Assembly: GCA_963681965.1 (NCBI GenBank)
Contig: OY820579.1
Span: forward strand, 2,304,001 to 2,368,000
Direction: 5' to 3'
From: a bacterium
GTDB lineage: Bacteria; Electryoneota; JAOADG01
Length of the DNA stretch: 64,000 nucleotides
Both the position numbers and the translations under genes were made by a program. Numbering within the stretch: the stretch's first letter is position 1; each line of letters starts with the position of its first letter. Below are positions 19,476 through 27,881 of the stretch, piece by piece. The notes below the pieces were generated by a model. That model ran no database searches and had not been told where the DNA came from. It worked only from the letters and a program-made list of their open reading frames with translations.

Positions 19476-20594
19476 ATGATTCACACACCAGAAGCAGTAA
19501 AATTACCACGCAGTTTTGTCCAATTGGATTACATGGACTGGATCAAGCGCCATGCACAACGCCCCGACGAGACGCTCGAATGGGGACTGGCGCTGTCGGG
19601 GATGCCCGATGCCGATATGAAATTATTGAAACCACTGACCGAAGACCTGCCGTTGTTCGGGAACAATCACAACGGTTGGCGACCGTGGAAAGAGGCGCTG
19701 GCGGAGAAGTACAGTCTCAAATACGAACAGGTGTCGACCAGTTTCGGTACGCAGATGGCGAATTTCCTCGCCGTTGCCGCACTCGCCGGTCCGGGCGACC
19801 GAGTGATGGTCGAATATCCGACCTACGAACCGCTCCACGGCTTACCGCGCGGATTTGCGAGCAAAGTCGATTACCTGATCATGAAGCGCGAAAATGGTTG
19901 GAAAGTCACCGTCGAGGAATTCAAGAAGGCGGTCGGCAATGCCGTCCGGCTGGTGATTCTGGCGAATTCGCACAATCCGACCGGAATCTTTTATAAAGAC
20001 GATGAGATCGTGCAATTCGCGAAAATTGTCGCCGATGCCGGTGGTCATTTATTGATCGACGAAGTGTATCGCGACGCCGTGCCGGAACTGCGCGGACGCA
20101 CGACTGCTACGCTGGCTAACAATATCGTCGTAACATCTAGTTGGACGAAAGTATACGGACTTAGCACACTGCGCGCCGGTTGGATTTTCGGCAGCCCGGA
20201 AGTCATTCACGCCGTAGAATTGGTAAACGATCGTCTCCCGGCACGGGGACCGCTGATTCTGGAAGAGCTTTGCTCCCGTGTGGCGCGTACTCCCGGCTTA
20301 CTGCATAAATGCGGACCGGATCGCTTGATCCGGTTGGTCGGAAATCGGCAAGTACTGGCTGAAACCGCGGCGCGCAACGGTTGGGATGTCGTATTACCTG
20401 ATTGGTCGTTAGTGGTTTATCTAAAACACCCGACGCTGAGCGGCGATGAAGTATCGGCACGAGGACGGTCAGCGGGATTGCTCATTACACCCGGGAAATA
20501 TTTCGGCGATTCGTCGCGAATCCGAATGGCACTGACTGCCGATACCGACACCTTCTCCCAGCTTCTACGGAAGTTAGAGGAGGCGTTACAGTAG
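19476..20594 (+). CDS. PLP-dependent aminotransferase, class I/II
   Basis: HNPTG, DEVY, SWTKVYGLSTLRAGW (PLP lysine) and C-terminal IRM motifs. Confidence 0.9.
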   Translation: MIHTPEAVKLPRSFVQLDYMDWIKRHAQRPDETLEWGLALSGMPDADMKLLKPLTEDLPLFGNNHNGWRPWKEALAEKYSLKYEQVSTSFGTQMANFLAVAALAGPGDRVMVEYPTYEPLHGLPRGFASKVDYLIMKRENGWKVTVEEFKKAVGNAVRLVILANSHNPTGIFYKDDEIVQFAKIVADAGGHLLIDEVYRDAVPELRGRTTATLANNIVVTSSWTKVYGLSTLRAGWIFGSPEVIHAVELVNDRLPARGPLILEELCSRVARTPGLLHKCGPDRLIRLVGNRQVLAETAARNGWDVVLPDWSLVVYLKHPTLSGDEVSARGRSAGLLITPGKYFGDSSRIRMALTADTDTFSQLLRKLEEALQ

Positions 20595-20805
20595 GCTTGT
20601 GTCGCGGCAAGAATCGTTGTATAATCGCTATCGACTTGATCCAATCGAACACGAATAAAAGATCGCTCGAAAAGTTGTCATCGAAAGTAGGGGCGGGCTC
20701 CCATGCCCGCCCGCAAGTCAGGCGAAGCCTGACACCGATTTATGACAACTTATTTTCAGAGATACTATATATTTACCCCTTGGTTATTCGAAATATGAGG
20801 ACAGA

Positions 20806-21552
20806 ATGAAGATCGCAGTACTAGTGAAAACCGTTCCGGATTCCGAAGCCCGGATCCAATTGGCGCCCGATGGCAAGGACTGGGTGCGCAAAGACGTCAA
20901 ACTTGATTTGAATCCGTACGATGAATATGCCATCGAAGAAGCATTGAAATTGAAGGAAGCGAACGGCGGTACGGTAACCGTCGTCAGTTATGGACAGGCG
21001 GAAGTGACCGACGCGTTACGCAAAGCGCTGGCGATGGGCGCGGACGATGCGATACACGCTGTCGGCGATGCGACGCCCGATCCGATGGTTACAGCCAAGG
21101 CGCTGGCACAGGCGCTCAACGGTCGCGGTTTCGAATTGATACTCTGTGGAAAAGCCGCTATCGACGACGACAATATGGCAGTCGGAACCATGCTCGCTGC
21201 AGCGATGGATATACCGAATGTGTCGGTCGCGGTGAAATTGACGATTGCCGGTGGCAATGCGACCTGCGAACGCGAAATCGACGGTGGTGTCGAGGTGGTG
21301 ACCACATCGCTCCCCGCCGTGATCAGTTGTCAGAAGGGTCTCAACGATCCACGCTACCCGTCGCTCAAAGGGATCATGGCAGCGAAAAAGAAGACTATCG
21401 AGCAGGTCAATGTTACCGTCGACGCGGCGAAAATCACTGTCGACAGCTATAGCTATCCCGAAGCACGCAAGGGGGGACGGTTCCTCGGCAAGAGTGCCGA
21501 CGATATCCCGGAACTCGTTCGACTGCTGAAAGAGGAAGCGAAAGTCATTTAG
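20806..21552 (+). CDS. etfB: Electron transfer flavoprotein beta subunit (FixA-like)
   Basis: NPYDEYAIEEAL, ALAMGAD, CGKAAID and PRYPSLKGIMAAKKK motifs. Confidence 0.95.
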   Translation: MKIAVLVKTVPDSEARIQLAPDGKDWVRKDVKLDLNPYDEYAIEEALKLKEANGGTVTVVSYGQAEVTDALRKALAMGADDAIHAVGDATPDPMVTAKALAQALNGRGFELILCGKAAIDDDNMAVGTMLAAAMDIPNVSVAVKLTIAGGNATCEREIDGGVEVVTTSLPAVISCQKGLNDPRYPSLKGIMAAKKKTIEQVNVTVDAAKITVDSYSYPEARKGGRFLGKSADDIPELVRLLKEEAKVI

Positions 21553-21559
21553 ATTTTTT

Positions 21560-21680
21560 AGTAGGGGCAGACCCCCGTGTCTGCCCGCTCTTGTGTCTTG
21601 ATCTTTAGTAGGGGCGATCCCACTGCGGTCGCCCACCTTATGAATCTTGATTTTGTAGGTGGGACATGCTTGTCCTGTAA
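21560..21680. repeat. REP-like palindromes between etfB and etfA
   Basis: GTAGGGGCAGACCCCCGTGTCTGCCC, GTAGGGGCGATCCCACTGCGGTCGCCC and GTAGGTGGGACATGCTTGTCC. Confidence 0.8.
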
Positions 21681-21706
21681 CCTATCGCGAAGTACTTGGA
21701 GACATC

Positions 21707-22648
21707 ATGAAATTTTTAGTATGGGTAGAAACCAAAAATGGAAAAGCGACCGGAACGTCGCATGGTACTTTAAGCGCCGCCCGCCAACTCGCGGGAGACG
21801 CTGCAATTGCAGCCGTGATATTCGATGGCACTGCTGCCGCTGATTGTGCCAGATTTGGCGCCGATGAAGTGTATGTCGCGAGCGATGCCGGCTTGAAGAG
21901 CTATTCGACCGAAGGGTATACCGCAGCGTTGCAACAGGCGATGACGGCGAGTGGCGCCGATACGCTGTTCCTAACTGCTACGGCAGCCGGACGCGATGTT
22001 GCACCGCGATTGGCGATGATGATCGATGCCGCGTTGCTGGTCGATGTCACCGGTCTGAAAATCGACGGCGATGCGATCGTCGCGACTCATCCGGTATTTG
22101 CCGGCAAGGCGATCCAGACGCTGCGCACCAGCGCTCCGAATAAAGTTATTTCAACGCGTGCAAAAGCGTTTCTGCCGACCGAGTGCCCGAAAGCCGGCAC
22201 CGTGAAAGAATTGGCGGTAACATTGCCTACGATCCGTGCGAAGGTTGTCGAGACGCGCGTTGCCAGTACCGATCGACCGTTGTTGACCGAAGCCGATATC
22301 ATTGTTTCCGGTGGTCGCGGGATGAAGAGTGCGGAGAATTTCAAGCTGATCGAACAGCTCGCCGATGCGCTCGGTGCCGCAGTCGGTGCTTCGCGTGCGG
22401 TGGTGGATGCCGGCTGGCGCCCTCACGAAGAGCAGGTCGGTCAGACCGGAAAGAATGTCAGCCCATCGCTCTACTTCGCGATTGGCATTAGCGGTGCGGT
22501 ACAGCATCTTGCCGGTATGAACAGCTCGAAGACGATCGTTGCGATTAATCCCGATGCGCAGGCGCCGATCTGGAAGATTGCCGATTACGGTATCATCGCC
22601 GATGCGATGGAGATCGTCCCGAAGCTGGCGGATGCGGTGAAGAAGTAA
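21707..22648 (+). CDS. etfA: Electron transfer flavoprotein alpha subunit (FixB-like)
   Basis: SGGRG, GASRAVVDAGW, QVGQTGK and GISGAVQHLAGM motifs. ATG at 21707 after GGAG. Confidence 0.95.
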   Translation: MKFLVWVETKNGKATGTSHGTLSAARQLAGDAAIAAVIFDGTAAADCARFGADEVYVASDAGLKSYSTEGYTAALQQAMTASGADTLFLTATAAGRDVAPRLAMMIDAALLVDVTGLKIDGDAIVATHPVFAGKAIQTLRTSAPNKVISTRAKAFLPTECPKAGTVKELAVTLPTIRAKVVETRVASTDRPLLTEADIIVSGGRGMKSAENFKLIEQLADALGAAVGASRAVVDAGWRPHEEQVGQTGKNVSPSLYFAIGISGAVQHLAGMNSSKTIVAINPDAQAPIWKIADYGIIADAMEIVPKLADAVKK

Positions 22649-22684
22649 AGCAATTAAGCGAGGAGAACCTCGATCGAGGTAATC

Positions 22685-23839
22685 ATGCTCAAATCAATTT
22701 ACATCGATAACTACAAAACACTGGTCGATTTCAAACTGGACTTGAAACCGATCAACTTACTGTTAGGCGCGAACGGGGCAGGGAAGACCAGCGTTTTCTC
22801 TGCCTTGGAAGCGGTGCAACAATTAGTCTCATCCTCGAATAGTATAGAAACAATTTTTAGAAAAATGCATCTTACGCGCTGGGAAAAAGTAAAAGAAGAT
22901 CACTCTTTTTCCCTTGAACTCCAAGATAATATCGGGCTATATCGCTACGAAGTCTCATTAGATCCTGGTGATGAAGATAAATATACAGGTTCAATCAAAT
23001 ATGAACGGATTTTTTTAAACGGCATCCTCTATTATTCTTTCGAAAATGGAATCATTGAAGTCTATAATGACCAACATAATCGAACAAACAGATACTCTTT
23101 TAATATTTCAAGATCAGGATTAATTTCAATTCAGAATTCTTTAGAAAATCGAGTGATTATGCATTTTCTTGAATTGATTAATAGCATTCTAATTTTTTCT
23201 CTCGACCCATATTCAGGTGAAGGAATTAGAAAAAAAGAAACTACTAATGATAATATTCGACTTAACAAACGAGCTAGGAATTTTGAGGATTGGTTTTATC
23301 ATTTTCGAAGCTCTATAAATTCTGATTATGATAATTATATAAGAGAACTTCAGCAAGTTGTTCCAAATTTAGATGCAATTGTTGGTAATGAAGTGTTTGG
23401 CCACCGTTTTTTAACAATTGAATTTATGAATAATATCACTAAAGATAATAAAAACAATAAAGAAGAATATTTATTCTATGAGCTATCTGAAGGTCAGAGA
23501 ATTTTAATTATCCTGTATTCAATAATATATTATTCAAAAATTCGCCCAACAATTCTAGTGTTAGACGAGCCCGATAACTTTGTCACTCTTCGCGAAATTG
23601 GGCCGATCATAAACAATCTGATCGAGCGCTCGGAAGACAAAGAAAATCCCTTGCAATCTATTATCATTTCTCATCATCCGGAAATTATCGATGCATTGGG
23701 ATTCTCGAACGGAATACTCTTGCGACGCAAGGATGGTGGTGCAACCGAAGCGATTAAAGATTTGCGGAAATCGTTACCGGTAATGGATAGTGGCATGCTG
23801 ATGTCGGAAATAATTGCTCGAGGTTGGGAGAATGATTAG
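22685..23839 (+). CDS. ABC-type (AAA_15/AAA_21) ATPase, defence/toxin-antitoxin-like
   Basis: Walker A GANGAGKT, signature LSEGQ, Walker B ILVLDEPD, H-loop ISHHP. Markedly AT-rich. Confidence 0.85.
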   Translation: MLKSIYIDNYKTLVDFKLDLKPINLLLGANGAGKTSVFSALEAVQQLVSSSNSIETIFRKMHLTRWEKVKEDHSFSLELQDNIGLYRYEVSLDPGDEDKYTGSIKYERIFLNGILYYSFENGIIEVYNDQHNRTNRYSFNISRSGLISIQNSLENRVIMHFLELINSILIFSLDPYSGEGIRKKETTNDNIRLNKRARNFEDWFYHFRSSINSDYDNYIRELQQVVPNLDAIVGNEVFGHRFLTIEFMNNITKDNKNNKEEYLFYELSEGQRILIILYSIIYYSKIRPTILVLDEPDNFVTLREIGPIINNLIERSEDKENPLQSIIISHHPEIIDALGFSNGILLRRKDGGATEAIKDLRKSLPVMDSGMLMSEIIARGWEND

Positions 23840-24374
23840 AATTGGTATCGATCTCTTGTACGAAGGAGAACGCGATTACAATTTTATCAAGCATTTCCTA
23901 AGAAATTCGAATGTGTCGATTCGGGATTTTCCAGTTTTCAAAGAACGATCGGGAAGCGGCGAGCAATACGTGAGAGTTACGCTACCAGAACGATTGAAGG
24001 CATTTCGTACACACAATTTTATTAAGAGTAATTGTTTGATTGTTTTGACAGATGCCGATACAATTTCCATCGAAAAGCGCAAGCAACAACTTCAAAAAGA
24101 ATGTTTGGAAAAGGGCGTCGATTATATTCAGGATGGTGAACAAGTTATCGTAGCAATTCCGCGTCGAAATCTTGAAACATGGGTACAACATATCAATAAT
24201 CCATCGATCATTGACGAGACTGAAGATTTTAAAGAGAAAACTACAGATGAAGAATGTACGATCGCAGCCAAGAGACTAGCTGATCTTTGCCGAAACAAAT
24301 CCGAAGTGAAATTACCATCTTTGTCAAGAGCCTGTAACGAATTCAATCGCAGATTTCCAACTGGGAACAATTAA
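23832..24374 (+). CDS. TOPRIM-like partner protein (DUF4276/RloB/AriB-like)
   Basis: YEGERD, LTDAD (DxD) and NLETW motifs. GGGAG RBS. Overlaps the ATPase stop and the fixC start. Confidence 0.6.
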   Translation: MIRIGIDLLYEGERDYNFIKHFLRNSNVSIRDFPVFKERSGSGEQYVRVTLPERLKAFRTHNFIKSNCLIVLTDADTISIEKRKQQLQKECLEKGVDYIQDGEQVIVAIPRRNLETWVQHINNPSIIDETEDFKEKTTDEECTIAAKRLADLCRNKSEVKLPSLSRACNEFNRRFPTGNN

Positions 24375-25684
24375 TGTCTGACGAAAAAACAACCTGTATT
24401 GTCGTGGGTGCCGGTCCGGCGGGAGCGGCGGCGGCATTGACGTTGGCGAAAGCCGGGATCGAGGTGTTGTTGCTGGAGCGCGGCGAAACCGCCGGCTGCA
24501 AGAACCTGTTCGGCGGCGTGCTCTATACCACCATTCTGGATAAATTGGTGCCGGAGTGGATGGACGAAGCACCGCTCGAACGCTATGTCACCCGCAAGCG
24601 CTTCTCGCTGATGGCGAAGGATGCCGAAATCGCCCTCGACTTCAAAACCAAGCGCTACGAACAGCACCCGAAGCGAAATTATTCCTATGTCGCGCTCCGT
24701 GCCAAATTCGATGCATGGTTTGCTGGAAAAGCCGAAGAAGCCGGTGCTATGCTTGCCACCGGGGTCATGGTCAAAGAGCTGATCATTCAGAATGACAAAG
24801 TCATCGGCGTTCGCACCGAACCGGGTAACGAAGAATTTTTCGCCGACGTTGTGATTTCCGCCGAAGGCGTACACAGTTATCTGACACTGCAGGCTGGATT
24901 GCGCAAAGAGGAATTCAATCCCGATTTCATGGTCACTGCCGCAAAAGAAGTGATCGAGCTGGATCAGACCGTACTCGAAGACCGTTTCCAATTAGAAGGG
25001 GATGAGGGGGTTGCTGCCGCGTACTTCGGTGAAGGGTTGTTCGGCATGTTCGGTGCCGGGTTTGTCTATACCAACAAGAATTCACTCTCGATCGGCACCG
25101 GTGTGACGATTAGCGAGATGATCCGTCATAAAAAGAATCCGAACGACGTACTGGAACATTTCAAACAACACCCGGCGATCCGTCCATTGATCAAAGGCGG
25201 AACAACGATCGAATATTCCGCGCACATGATTCCGGAATATGGCTACGATCACCGCCCCGGTCTGTACACTGCCGGTTTTCTTGTCACTGGCGACGCGGCT
25301 GGTTTGGTCAACAGCAGCCATCATCAGGAAGGCACGAACCTCGCGATGGCATCGGGCGTATTTGCCGCCGAAACCGTGATTGAAGCAGTCAAGCGCAACG
25401 ATTTTAGCCGCGCCACGATGGCACTATACGAACAGAAACTGGAAAACAGTTTTGTGCTGAAGGATCTGAAGAAGTACCGCCACATGTCGCACTTCTTCAA
25501 CACGAATCCTCATTTCCTGCGCGACTATCCGGAACTGGCGGCTGAATTGCTCGGCGATTATTTCGAAGTGTCGGATCGTCCGAAAGCGGAGGTCGAAAGC
25601 GAAGTGTACCGGAAATTGCGTCGACGCGTTCCGGTGTTAACAATGTTGACTGATTTCTGGAAAGCCAAGAAAGCGATCTTTTAG
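24374..25684 (+). CDS. fixC: FixC-family FAD-dependent oxidoreductase (ETF-quinone oxidoreductase)
   Basis: GAGPAG, KNLFGG, APLER, EYSAHMIPE, GDAAG and EGTNLAMASG motifs. Confidence 0.9.
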   Translation: MSDEKTTCIVVGAGPAGAAAALTLAKAGIEVLLLERGETAGCKNLFGGVLYTTILDKLVPEWMDEAPLERYVTRKRFSLMAKDAEIALDFKTKRYEQHPKRNYSYVALRAKFDAWFAGKAEEAGAMLATGVMVKELIIQNDKVIGVRTEPGNEEFFADVVISAEGVHSYLTLQAGLRKEEFNPDFMVTAAKEVIELDQTVLEDRFQLEGDEGVAAAYFGEGLFGMFGAGFVYTNKNSLSIGTGVTISEMIRHKKNPNDVLEHFKQHPAIRPLIKGGTTIEYSAHMIPEYGYDHRPGLYTAGFLVTGDAAGLVNSSHHQEGTNLAMASGVFAAETVIEAVKRNDFSRATMALYEQKLENSFVLKDLKKYRHMSHFFNTNPHFLRDYPELAAELLGDYFEVSDRPKAEVESEVYRKLRRRVPVLTMLTDFWKAKKAIF

Positions 25685-25693
25685 GAGACACCG

Positions 25694-25978
25694 ATGGCAG
25701 TACTAACGACAATTGAAGAAAAACTCGGTCTCCTGAAGTATAAGCACGACCGCGAGAGTCACATCACGGTGGATCAGGAGAAATTTAAACAGGATCCGGT
25801 GCAATCGATTTTGTATGTCTGTCCGGCGAAGGTGTACGAGAAGCGCGAATCCGACGGCACATGCGTAGTAAATTTCGAGAATTGCGTCGAATGCGGAACC
25901 TGCCGGATTGCTGCGCCAGACTACGTCCGGTGGTTTTATCCGATCGGTGGTGTCGGGGTACAGTATCGCGAGGGGTAA
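25694..25978 (+). CDS. fixX: FixX-like ferredoxin
   Basis: CPAKVY...CVECGTCRI...W.YP.GG.GV.YR motif, directly after fixC. Confidence 0.9.
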   Translation: MAVLTTIEEKLGLLKYKHDRESHITVDQEKFKQDPVQSILYVCPAKVYEKRESDGTCVVNFENCVECGTCRIAAPDYVRWFYPIGGVGVQYREG

Positions 25979-26101
25979 CCCGAAATCGACCGAATCGATC
26001 TACCAGAATAGTATTGATTTTTTGGGATCCGCAAAAATCGTTTGGATCAACGGCGATTTCCCTTAAATTAGACGTAACTTTTACGATCAGAGTATTCGAC
26101 T

Positions 26102-26917
26102 ATGCCTTCTATCTCTCAGGAGAAGATTTTTCAGTATTCGTTACTACTACCGCTACTGGTCGTATTGTGTGCTCTTACCCTTCTTCCGAACGACAGTTAC
26201 AGCGCTGCCCGCGGAACTCTTCAGGAATCGATCAAGCAAATCGATTCGCTGTTTCAATACGGCGAAATCGATCATGCCGAAACCGAAGCGCTGAAACTAC
26301 TTTCCGATCGACATTTGACCGACGATGACCGGGTCCATCTGGAGTGTTTGATTGGATCGATTTACGTGGCTCGATCCGATTCACTCGGAGCGAAACAAGC
26401 CTTTCAGCGTGCATTGCGGCTGCGACCGAATCTGACGTTGAACCCGAATACCACTGCCCCGAAGATTATTGCACTGTTCGAAGTCGCGAAGCTCGAAAAC
26501 TCCCCTTCTTATTATATGACCGACGAGCAGATTGAACTCTACGAAGTGGCGAAAATCCGGTTGAAAGCCTATCCGGTCGGTTATGTTCTGCCGGGTTGGG
26601 GCATCCTTCGGCAAGGGAAATCGCGCGAGGGAACCATTCTGTTAACCTCTGAATGTGCCTTGCTTGCCGGGACGATTTACGCTGCGATCAGTGCCAACAA
26701 GGCGCACGACGATTATCACGCTGCCGGTAGCGACAATGCTGCAGCGCGGTGGGATACTTACAAATCCTGGGTTCAGAAACGCGATCTGCTGCTCATATCG
26801 ACTGCAGTCCTACATACCGTCGGTATTTTGGATATTACGTACGGCAGGCTCGCTCTCCCCGGGAAGACCCAACTTTCGATCAATGGGTCGGGGGTGGGGA
26901 TCGCATTGACATTCTGA
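26102..26917 (+). CDS. Exported TPR-containing hypothetical protein
   Basis: Signal-like N-terminus, TPR-like helices (AFQRALRLRP), PGWG motif and hydrophobic C-terminal segments. Confidence 0.65.
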   Translation: MPSISQEKIFQYSLLLPLLVVLCALTLLPNDSYSAARGTLQESIKQIDSLFQYGEIDHAETEALKLLSDRHLTDDDRVHLECLIGSIYVARSDSLGAKQAFQRALRLRPNLTLNPNTTAPKIIALFEVAKLENSPSYYMTDEQIELYEVAKIRLKAYPVGYVLPGWGILRQGKSREGTILLTSECALLAGTIYAAISANKAHDDYHAAGSDNAAARWDTYKSWVQKRDLLLISTAVLHTVGILDITYGRLALPGKTQLSINGSGVGIALTF

Positions 26918-26926
26918 CATCGATAA

Positions 26927-27054
26927 TCATGCATCGAATGCATGAAGTCTGCAAGTTATGCATAGATTGCATTCCACGTTTTTACCAACCAATATTGATA
27001 TTTAAAGAATTATCCAATTTAAACCCTTGATTCAGTTTTGGCATACCGATTGCT
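26927..27054 (+). promoter_or_regulatory. sigma54 promoter with upstream activator boxes and IHF site
   Basis: TGGCATACCGATTGCT (27039-54; GG-N10-GC). IHF consensus WATCAANNNNTTR on the minus strand at 27020-32. TGCA boxes at 26930, 26939, 26950, 26959 and 26968. Confidence 0.75.
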
Positions 27055-27064
27055 CTATAGAAAA

Positions 27065-27350
27065 GCGGATACTTGATCAGCTTCGATGAGTTTAAACTTC
27101 CAATGTTCTTGTACGGTTTACTTAGATTGTTCTTGCACTGCTCGCTTTGATGGAAGTTTGAAGACTTAAGCTGCCCAGCTAACTTAGAACAACTCGCTGA
27201 CTTGCTAACTGATCTGCTAACTTTGATTTGCTTTCGTTGATTTGCTTACTGTATGGGGAGCTTAGTCGGGGCACGGTTCACACGCACTGCTAACGATGAC
27301 AACATCCCGACGCGCACGTAAAATGCCTGCTTTTAGCAGGCATTTTACGT
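27065..27350 (+). ncRNA. Candidate sigma54-dependent structured small RNA
   Basis: Lies between the sigma54 promoter and a strong hairpin. No long ORF. Long stem 27078-27173 and six GCT(A/G/T)AC repeats. Confidence 0.55.
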
Positions 27351-27353
27351 TTT
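27316..27353 (+). terminator. Intrinsic, possibly bidirectional, terminator
   Basis: Perfect 16-bp inverted repeat ACGTAAAATGCCTGCT-TTT-AGCAGGCATTTTACGT. Confidence 0.8.
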
Positions 27354-27379
27354 AGGGGATTGATCGTCGGAATGCATTG

Positions 27380-27860
27380 TGGTAGATCGGAATTTATTCC
27401 GACTCCTCTTGTGTCCAAAATTGATCGGCGGACACGAAGGGTCGCTCCGAAAAATTGTACGATCGTATTGCTGTAGGTCATAACTTGTTCTGACCACCTC
27501 TTGTGTCCAAAATTGGGCGGGCGACCGCGGAGGGTCGCCATTACGGCAGGATACAGGATTCAAGAGAAGAAAGATCGCGGACTAAAGTCCGCCGCTACCA
27601 ATCTTTTCCCAACACCAACACCCATCTTTTCGGTGGGTCGGAATTTATTCCGACTCCTCTTGTGGTACGGGCGGTTCGCGAACCGCCCGTGTCTGTTGAA
27701 GATCGTTTTTATTCGCAATCGGGAAAATTATTTTTTGCGAAAGGTAAATATTTGTGCATTATCATCGGGTTCGGGCGGGCATGGGAGCCCGCCCCTACTA
27801 CAGGACACAAGAAGAAAAGATAACAGAAAGGGCGTATGCGATACGCCCCTACGGAAAAAA
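27380..27860. repeat. Mosaic REP-like array, largely in the opposite orientation to the earlier arrays
   Basis: GTCGGAATTTATTCCGAC, GCGGACTAAAGTCCGCCGCTAC, GGGCGACCGCGGAGGGTCGCC, GGGCGGTTCGCGAACCGCCC and GGGCGTATGCGATACGCCCCTAC. Confidence 0.9.
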
Positions 27861-27881
27861 GAGCCGATTCGGAGATCGGCA

